A stretch of 51,437 nucleotides of DNA from Candidatus Omnitrophota bacterium (GTDB taxonomy: Bacteria; Omnitrophota; Gorgyraeia; Gorgyraeales; Gorgyraeaceae): the NCBI GenBank assembly GCA_018814825.1, contig JAHIYJ010000021.1:1-51437 (forward strand). The letters are read 5' to 3'. This document shows, one piece after another, positions 45,401-51,437 of this stretch (positions are counted from its first letter, which is position 1; every line of letters begins with the position of its first letter). Under the pieces are notes generated by a model that was not told where the DNA came from, made no database searches, and saw only the letters and a program-made list of their open reading frames with translations. Made by a program: the position numbers and the translations under genes.

Positions 45401-45757
45401 ATGAGAGAAAAAAGAAAATTCATAAGGTTTAATATCTCGCTGAAGACAATCTACATCCTTCAGAGGGAGCCAAAGGTTGAGAAGATGGGCATTACAAAAG
45501 ACGTCAGCGCGGGCGGCGTACAGCTCTTAACCGAGGAAAAGCTCAATGTAGGCGATAAGATAGGGCTCAAGTTTTTTATACCCGAGGCGTTAAACCCGGC
45601 TCACCTGAACGGGATCGTCCTGTGGTCAAAGCTGGTATCGACCGGGACAAAGCCCTCTTACGGCGCCGGCATAGAATTTATTGACATAGAGGAAGACAAT
45701 AAGAATACTTTTTTAAAATTCCTGTGTGATCTGATGTATAGAAAGATAGGAAAATAG
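45401..45757 (+). CDS. Stand-alone PilZ domain protein 6
   Basis: EKRKFIR, DVSAGG, GIVLW, GIEF. Confidence 0.9.
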   Translation: MREKRKFIRFNISLKTIYILQREPKVEKMGITKDVSAGGVQLLTEEKLNVGDKIGLKFFIPEALNPAHLNGIVLWSKLVSTGTKPSYGAGIEFIDIEEDNKNTFLKFLCDLMYRKIGK

Positions 45758-45773
45758 TCCGAGAGGAGACACA

Positions 45774-46226
45774 ATGGGGGATATCAGTAAAAAAATAGCG
45801 AATGACCTGAAAGAGGCCATAAAAAATAAGTTTGCGGCAAAGACGTCCACCCTTCGCATGGTCACGGCCTCTATCCAGAACCTCCTGATAGAGAAAAAAG
45901 TAACTGAGCTGGAGGACAGCGACTTAATGAAGATACTGGCTAAACAGATAAAACAGCACCAGGACTCCATAGAAAGCTTTAAAAAAGGAGGGAGGGCCGA
46001 CCTGGTGAAAAAAGAGGAAGAAGAGCTCGTGATATTGAAATCATATTTGCCCGAAGGTTTGAGCGAGGAAGAAACAAAAAAAATAGCCCAGAAAGTAATA
46101 ACTGAAACAGGGGCGAGCTCCAAGGCGGACTTCGGCAGGGTCATGAAGGCTGTCATGCAGGAATCAAAAGGCAGGGCGGACGGAAAACTCGTCAGTTCGA
46201 TCGTACAGAGTTTGCTAAAGGGATAA
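45774..46226 (+). CDS. yqeY: GatB/YqeY domain protein
   Basis: DLKEAIK, KQIKQHQDSIE.FKKGGRADL, YLP, GRVM, GRADGK.V. Confidence 0.93.
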   Translation: MGDISKKIANDLKEAIKNKFAAKTSTLRMVTASIQNLLIEKKVTELEDSDLMKILAKQIKQHQDSIESFKKGGRADLVKKEEEELVILKSYLPEGLSEEETKKIAQKVITETGASSKADFGRVMKAVMQESKGRADGKLVSSIVQSLLKG

Positions 46227-46227
46227 A

Positions 46228-47136
46228 ATGCGCTTAAAACTTTTTCCAGCGGTTATTATATTGGCATTCTCCTTAACGGGCTGCGCCACAATGTACAACC
46301 CCGCGACGGAGCAGAAAGAGTTTATTTTTATAACGACTCCTGTCGAGGTGTCCCTGGGCAATATGCTCGCGTCCCGGGTATCCAGGGATTTCAAGATAAG
46401 CAAAGACCCTCTGATGAACAGCCGCGTGAAAGAGATAGGCGATAAAGTCGCGGCCGTATCGGACAGGAAGGACCTGAAATATAAGTTTGCCGTAATAGAC
46501 GATGACAGCCTGAACGCCTTCACTACTCCCGGAGGCTATCTTTATGTAAACTCGGGTGTCCTTGAAAAGTCCACTGACGATGAACTGGCGTGTGTTATAG
46601 GCCATGAGATAGGGCATGTCGCGGCAAGGCACGTCGCTAAGAAACTGCAGGCCCAGATAGGGTATGATATCTTAATGAATATCGCGGCCAGAAAAACCGG
46701 GATAGCGGAACTGCGTAAGGCTGCGTCCATAAGCTATGATCTCATTATGCTCGGATACTCAAGGAAAGACGAGCTCTTGAGTGACAGACTGGGCGTAAAA
46801 TACGCCTACAAGTCCGGCTATGACCCGTACGCCATGATATCTTTCCTGAAAAAGATCCAGGACGCCAAGGAAGAGCAGATGGGGTTCGTTTTTCTGCGCA
46901 GCCACCCTTATACGGCGGACAGGATAAAAAAGCTTCAGCAGCAGATACCCTTTATAATAGAAAGGGCACGGAAACAAACCGGTAATATCTCCGTTGCTCG
47001 GAACCAGAAAGACACGGTGTCATCATCCGCGGAACCGGAAGAAAAAAGGCCGTTAAAGGTCATGTGTCCGGTATGCAGGAGAATATACCCGGGCAGCACC
47101 AGGTATTGCCCTTATGACGGCACGGAGTTGAAATGA
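46228..47136 (+). CDS. M48 family metalloprotease lipoprotein with C-terminal CxxC...CPxDG tail
   Basis: Lipobox LTGC, NAFTTPGG, HEIGH, YSRKDE..SD, SHP; tail CPVCRRIYPGSTRYCPYDGTELK. Confidence 0.92.
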   Translation: MRLKLFPAVIILAFSLTGCATMYNPATEQKEFIFITTPVEVSLGNMLASRVSRDFKISKDPLMNSRVKEIGDKVAAVSDRKDLKYKFAVIDDDSLNAFTTPGGYLYVNSGVLEKSTDDELACVIGHEIGHVAARHVAKKLQAQIGYDILMNIAARKTGIAELRKAASISYDLIMLGYSRKDELLSDRLGVKYAYKSGYDPYAMISFLKKIQDAKEEQMGFVFLRSHPYTADRIKKLQQQIPFIIERARKQTGNISVARNQKDTVSSSAEPEEKRPLKVMCPVCRRIYPGSTRYCPYDGTELK

Positions 47137-47171
47137 AGGTTGTAGGCCACACAGTAGCCTTCAAAGAGGAT

Positions 47172-47272
47172 GGTTTACGGGTATAGAAACTGGTTAAGAA
47201 GTTAGGAGGAGAAGATAGATGCTGGATATCAAGCTTCCAGCATCCACTTCCAGCCTCCTAACCAGCTTCCAC
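47172..47272. repeat. Dispersed 101-nt hairpin-forming repeat, copy B
   Basis: Gapless match to 3659-3759, same orientation. Confidence 0.85.
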
Positions 47273-47311
47273 TGTGACGCCCTAAAAAGATGTACAGAGA
47301 GGGGGTAGATT

Positions 47312-47677
47312 ATGCACCTAAGTATTGATAATAGGCTCTTTGCCCGCGTGGACGGGGAACTTGGAGTCAGGTACAGCCCGCAGGGCAGCGACAGGGAATA
47401 CTGCACCACGACCAAAAATATCAGCGGAGGAGGGGTGAGGATGTCCCTGCTGAAAAAGCTGGAGCCCGGGACCGTGCTTGACCTTGAGATATTCAAATAT
47501 AACACTGACCTTAAGGCGGTATGCAGAGGCAAAGTCGCCTGGATATGGGGCGAGCCCATGAGCAGGGAAAAAAATCAGCTCTTTGAGGCGGGTATAAGTT
47601 TCCTTAATCAGCAGCTTCTGTATATAGGGAGGCTTATAAATCATCTGGAGACGCAAAATACCGGCAATATACTATGA
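47312..47677 (+). CDS. Stand-alone PilZ domain protein 7
   Basis: NRLFAR, NISGGG, GKVAW, GISF. Confidence 0.88.
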   Translation: MHLSIDNRLFARVDGELGVRYSPQGSDREYCTTTKNISGGGVRMSLLKKLEPGTVLDLEIFKYNTDLKAVCRGKVAWIWGEPMSREKNQLFEAGISFLNQQLLYIGRLINHLETQNTGNIL

Positions 47678-48033
47678 AACTTCTATCAAGATTATTCGAG
47701 TTCACGAGAAAAGAAAAAGACATGTTTGTCAATGACCGCAGGGAGGCGAAGAGATACGGGATTCCTCTGAAGCTGAACTACTCAGACCCGCTCACCAAGA
47801 TTCACGGAGAATCTATCGCCAGGGATATATCGAGGCATGGCCTTAGGTTCCCCGTGAGTTCTCTGATACCAAAGGGGTCCGCGCTTGAGCTCGTAATAGA
47901 AGACCCTTACAGCAACGTGCCCATAGTTTCAAGGGCAAAGGTCACCTGGGCGGAAAAGTTCGTAGCGGGCGATGACGCTGAGGACACCTTTTACGAGATA
48001 GGGGTAAGGCTTCAAAAAAAAGGTCTTTATTGA
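47674..48033 (+). CDS. Stand-alone PilZ domain protein 8
   Basis: DRREAKR, DISRHG, AKVTW, GVRL. Confidence 0.88.
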   Translation: MKLLSRLFEFTRKEKDMFVNDRREAKRYGIPLKLNYSDPLTKIHGESIARDISRHGLRFPVSSLIPKGSALELVIEDPYSNVPIVSRAKVTWAEKFVAGDDAEDTFYEIGVRLQKKGLY

Positions 48034-48039
48034 CAGATA

Positions 48040-48771
48040 ATGAAAAAGTTCTTTAGCCTGGTCCTTATTATAATAATACTGACAGCCGGAGCGGTCATAG
48101 CCCGTGACGCGATTATAAAGAGCTTTGCAGAGAAACTGGTCTTCGCCACCACAGGCATGAAGATGACCATAGGCCAGCTAAAAATGAGCGTCCCTAAGAC
48201 GTTCGTTAGCATAAAGGACATGACAGTCATGAACCCTGCTGGTTTCAAGGACAGGGTAATGCTGGACATGCCTGAGGTATACGTTGATTACAGCCTCCTC
48301 TCCCTGCTCAGAAAAAAGGTCCAACTGCGGGAACTACGCATAAACCTGAAAGAGTTTATGGTGGTAAAAAATAAAGACGGTAAGACAAATCTCGAATTTA
48401 TAAAACGCCTCAAAGATAAAAAGAAGAGCCCCAGTGAGCAAAAAAAGAAACCTGCCTCCGCGCCCGGAATGGAGATTGACACGCTCTCCCTTAAAATAGG
48501 AAAAGTCATATATAAGGACTATTCCGGCGGCGGAAATCCAATAGTGTCCGAATATAGCGTAAACATAGCCTCAAATTATAAAAACGTGAACAACCCTGAG
48601 GATCTTGTCAGGATCATAGTGGCAAAGGCCCTGATGAACACGGCGCTCGGCCGGCTTACGGATTTCAACCAGCTGAAAGACATGCCCTTAAACACGCTGG
48701 AACAGGGTAAAAACATCCTCAAAAACACAGCGGATGACCTGAAAAACATCATAAAATCGCCTTTTAAATAA
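48040..48771 (+). CDS. AsmA-like N-terminal domain protein
   Basis: N-terminal anchor, V.NPAGF, VVKNKDGKTNL, IDTLSLKIGKV pattern. Confidence 0.65.
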   Translation: MKKFFSLVLIIIILTAGAVIARDAIIKSFAEKLVFATTGMKMTIGQLKMSVPKTFVSIKDMTVMNPAGFKDRVMLDMPEVYVDYSLLSLLRKKVQLRELRINLKEFMVVKNKDGKTNLEFIKRLKDKKKSPSEQKKKPASAPGMEIDTLSLKIGKVIYKDYSGGGNPIVSEYSVNIASNYKNVNNPEDLVRIIVAKALMNTALGRLTDFNQLKDMPLNTLEQGKNILKNTADDLKNIIKSPFK

Positions 48772-48806
48772 CGAGAGGAAGAAGCTACCCAAAAAAGACA
48801 AATAGC

Positions 48807-49052
48807 GTGCGTTTTATCTCTTATCATACATCAGGTTTCTGGCATTTCATGGTTCTGGCTATCCCGGTACTGGTCTTTTTCTTTTTTTACCTGTGCTGGT
48901 TTAAAAAATACGGCAAAAAGATAGAACAGTTTCACACGTATTACCTGGCCTCGCAGGTCATTATAGTCTATGTATTCGTTTTTTTTACCTATCTTTTTTT
49001 CGGCTTGAGGCTTTTGTATATATTTAACCTATGGAGGCAGGCCTATGAATAA
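48807..49052 (+). CDS. Small hypothetical membrane protein (2 TM)
   Basis: GTG-start ORF with two aromatic hydrophobic segments; overlaps the next gene. Confidence 0.45.
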   Translation: MRFISYHTSGFWHFMVLAIPVLVFFFFYLCWFKKYGKKIEQFHTYYLASQVIIVYVFVFFTYLFFGLRLLYIFNLWRQAYE

Positions 49053-49617
49053 GACATTTCTATTAACGCTGATAAAGATATCTATATTGGCGTGCTTTAT
49101 TACAGGTTTATTCAACGTGGGGTATGCGCAGGACGAGCAGGGGCGCGTGCTCCTTATTCGGGAAGCGCAGCAATTTCAAAACAACACGGTTGCTGTGGAA
49201 GGCTACCTGATGGACAATATCCTGGAAGTCAAGGTAACAGCCAGGATGATGCACGCCACAAAGCCAAAGATATACAACGCGCTTGTGGTAGGGTCGCGTC
49301 TGGGGCGATTGGAGATCGAATCTAAAGAGATCCTTCTTGCCTCAGTAGAAGAGGAAGAGCCTTACCCGACATCCAGAAAAGACAAGGGTTTTGTAAGTTT
49401 CAGCGGCGGCAAAAAGAACAAAAGGGCAAGGGGGACACTGACAAGAGAGTTGTTGGTGTTTAAGATCCCGCGAGACAAGGTAGTAAAGGGCAAAAGATAC
49501 AGGCTTTGGGTCCAGATCACGAGCTTACAGCAAGGCGAAAAATACAAGACCTTTAAATTCGATCTTAAGGATCTGTATGAAAAAATGTCCAAAGTGCAAC
49601 AGGGAAATACACAATAA
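49045..49617 (+). CDS. Hypothetical exported protein
   Basis: GGAGG SD; signal peptide ending GYA-Q. Confidence 0.7.
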   Translation: MNKTFLLTLIKISILACFITGLFNVGYAQDEQGRVLLIREAQQFQNNTVAVEGYLMDNILEVKVTARMMHATKPKIYNALVVGSRLGRLEIESKEILLASVEEEEPYPTSRKDKGFVSFSGGKKNKRARGTLTRELLVFKIPRDKVVKGKRYRLWVQITSLQQGEKYKTFKFDLKDLYEKMSKVQQGNTQ

Positions 49618-49990
49618 AGCGTTGAGTTGTCCTTATTGCGAGCCCGAGCATGCAAATAAGACCATTGATAAGAGGGTCTTTCCCAGGCATGACTATAAGT
49701 GCCTAGTGGCCTATAAAATGGCGAAAGACCCTGACGCGCCATGGAAAGAGGCCATGGCTGAGAACATAAGCATGGGTGGCATGCTCTTTAAGACACAGGG
49801 AAAACTGGCAAGCTCAACCAGGATCACTGTAAGTTTCGAGGCCTTTTTAGGCCAATTCATCCAGATACAGGCCAAGGTGGTCGAGAGCGAAGAGGATTTC
49901 GACGGCTATAATACAAGGATCAAGTTTATCAACTTTGACGCAGAAACAAAAAATAGACTAAGAGCCTTCCTCGACCCCCTAAAACCCTAA
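49577..49990 (+). CDS. Zinc-ribbon-PilZ fusion protein 9
   Basis: MKKCPKC...CPYC, then DKRVFPR, NISMGG, AKVV, IKF. Confidence 0.85.
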   Translation: MKKCPKCNREIHNKALSCPYCEPEHANKTIDKRVFPRHDYKCLVAYKMAKDPDAPWKEAMAENISMGGMLFKTQGKLASSTRITVSFEAFLGQFIQIQAKVVESEEDFDGYNTRIKFINFDAETKNRLRAFLDPLKP

Positions 49991-50004
49991 TTTTCTACCG
50001 GATC

Positions 50005-50997
50005 ATGAATATTGACGCATTATTCTTAGGCGGTACGTCCATTGACCTTATCCAGGAGAGGCGTTACCCTGAAAAGTTCTCAGCCTCAGTAGGCGGCTCT
50101 ATAACCAATTCCGCCATTATATCAGCGAAACTAGGCCTTAAGACAACCCTATTAAGCAGGATAGGCAAGGACCCCATGGGTGACTTCGCTATCCGGACTT
50201 TAAAATCATACCAGGTCAATACCAGTGGCATAATACAGGACCCTGGTATCAGGACACCCTTAGCAATAGCTAAAGTAGATAAATCAGGTAATTCAGTCTA
50301 CACGTTTTATAAAAACCCGGCCAGTTTATCCATTGTCCCGTTAAAAACAGCCCCAAAAAGCCTTTTAGATAGCTGTAAGTTCCTTCATTTCGGCTCAAGC
50401 TTTTCCTATCAAAAAGAGACATTCCAGGAGGCCTTAAAATACATAAATTACCTTAAAAAAAGGCGCGTATTTGTATCTTTTGACCCAAACCTCAGGCCGT
50501 ATGTTATAAAGGACAAAATGGAGGCAAGAAAACGGGTCCTAAGGCTCCTTAAACTGGTAAACATGGCGAAATTAAGCGGTATGGACCTGGAATTTCTGAC
50601 AGGCTGTAAAAACCCTGAAAAAGGCCTGAAAAGGCTCAAAAAACTAGCCAAATGCGAGGTGATCCTGACACTTGGCCCAAAAGGCTCAAGATATCTGGAT
50701 AAAAAAGGTAACCTAATAAAAGTCCCAGCCTTTAAAGTCAAAGTAGCAGACACAATAGGCGCAGGAGATGCCTATACAGCAGGGATACTTTATAAAATAG
50801 CCAAACTAGGGAAAAGGGAGGTATTTGACAATATAAGGCCTGCCATGGTCTTCGCCTCGGCAGTATCTGCCATAATCTGCACCAAGCGAGGCGCAAACCA
50901 AGGATTAAAAGATATAAAACAGATTAAGACATTTCTTGCCAAAAGGGAGTGCGAGTCCGCGGTGTTGACAATGAAAAGATTACGGAAGAATTACTAA
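50005..50997 (+). CDS. PfkB family kinase (fructokinase-like)
   Basis: GGS..N.A...AKLG, IGKDPMG, SFDPNLRP, TLGPKG, DTIGAGDAY. Confidence 0.92.
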   Translation: MNIDALFLGGTSIDLIQERRYPEKFSASVGGSITNSAIISAKLGLKTTLLSRIGKDPMGDFAIRTLKSYQVNTSGIIQDPGIRTPLAIAKVDKSGNSVYTFYKNPASLSIVPLKTAPKSLLDSCKFLHFGSSFSYQKETFQEALKYINYLKKRRVFVSFDPNLRPYVIKDKMEARKRVLRLLKLVNMAKLSGMDLEFLTGCKNPEKGLKRLKKLAKCEVILTLGPKGSRYLDKKGNLIKVPAFKVKVADTIGAGDAYTAGILYKIAKLGKREVFDNIRPAMVFASAVSAIICTKRGANQGLKDIKQIKTFLAKRECESAVLTMKRLRKNY

Positions 50998-51052
50998 ATA
51001 ATATCATATTCTCCTGCCCAATATTCCCCTGTTTCCACCTCACTGTTACACC

Positions 51053-51081
51053 TTGACTTTTAGCTATATATAGTATATACT
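51053..51081 (+). promoter_or_regulatory. Sigma70 promoter of the long leader and downstream ORF
   Basis: TTGACT-17 nt-TATACT. Confidence 0.8.
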
Positions 51082-51117
51082 TATCATAGGGTTTATAAAA
51101 GTATTAAGTATAGATAG

Positions 51118-51291
51118 TTAGAGAAATTTGCCATGGGTTTCTAAGTTTACATAGCCGGGTAACTGAAACCTGGCTATTTTATTAAATTGAGGTTATTTTC
51201 TCGGGCATTGCCTCTTGTTTGAATTTGAATAGGGTCCTCGCTCCCATGGCAGAGGATTGTCCTAGATGAATTCAAAGAGACATGCCCGGGA
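51118..51291 (+). ncRNA. Candidate structured cis-regulatory leader RNA with loop-loop complementarity
   Basis: Long hairpin 51199-51291 whose apical loop CCCATGGCA (51243-51251) is the exact reverse complement of TGCCATGGG (51129-51137). Confidence 0.55.
51151..51183 (+). terminator. Terminator-like hairpin inside the 5' leader
   Basis: ATAGCCGGGT-7 nt-ACCTGGCTAT followed by TTTATT. Confidence 0.6.
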
Positions 51292-51310
51292 TATTCTAAG
51301 GTGTGAAAAT

Positions 51311-51437
51311 ATGTTAAGCTGGCAAAGAGGAAAAACCAGGATATTTATGAAGGCGGTTGCGCTTGTGGTAGTGCATACATTTTTCCTTACAAGCACAGTC
51401 TATCCTGCGCCTTCCACCAGGAGCCTCTTTAAGAACA
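51311..51437 (+). CDS. N-terminus of an exported protein, truncated by window end
   Basis: AAGGTG SD; MLSWQRGKTRIFMKAVALVVVHTFFLTSTVYPAPSTRSLFKN is open to the edge, with a basic then hydrophobic signal-like segment. Confidence 0.7.
   Translation, partial: MLSWQRGKTRIFMKAVALVVVHTFFLTSTVYPAPSTRSLFKN

Noticed and set aside
9745-46226. rpsU and yqeY separated although often adjacent
   Set aside because: Ordinary rearrangement with no boundary signal indicating a single insertion.
500-50753. Many minus-strand and nested ORFs in the six-frame track
   Set aside because: They are shadows of well-supported + strand genes with no motifs; only exeA and exeB are credible on the minus strand.
50965-51000. 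TTGACA at the end of the last pfkB gene as a promoter
   Set aside because: No -10 box at 16-18 nt spacing.

Overview
This is a core-chromosome window of an anaerobic PVC-superphylum bacterium, most likely Ca. Omnitrophota. That assignment is an inference from the PVC small basic signature protein, a Minf_1886-like protein, Wood-Ljungdahl genes and a PilZ expansion. Nearly all genes are on the + strand. In order they are: lepA-lepB; a partial Wood-Ljungdahl cluster (acsV, acsF/cooC, acsD, acsE, without acsA/B/C); an HPS-RraA fusion; tatA; rpsU; aroQ-pepQ-efp-accB-accC-amaP; pfk; gmhA-hldC; thiC; tRNA-Gly(CCC) with a duplicated 3' end; dgt; aroB; rnc; and a minus-strand exeA/exeB pair. Nine PilZ genes follow within about 14 kb, scattered among housekeeping genes, and the window also holds one intact and one degenerate HD-GYP gene. 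Intergenic regions carry several families of palindromic REP/MITE-like elements, but no transposase or integrase is visible. The strongest candidate for something new is at the far end: a promoter-driven ~230-nt structured leader (terminator-like hairpin, ~90-nt hairpin, perfect 9-nt loop-loop complementarity) upstream of a truncated, signal-peptide-bearing ORF. Other leads are a candidate ~200-nt ncRNA between exeA and pilZ, a shared CxxC..CPxDG tail on two unrelated lipoproteins, a split kinase/dCMP-deaminase pair and a recurring near-leaderless promoter layout. All family assignments come from recognising motifs by eye; no searches or folding programs were run.
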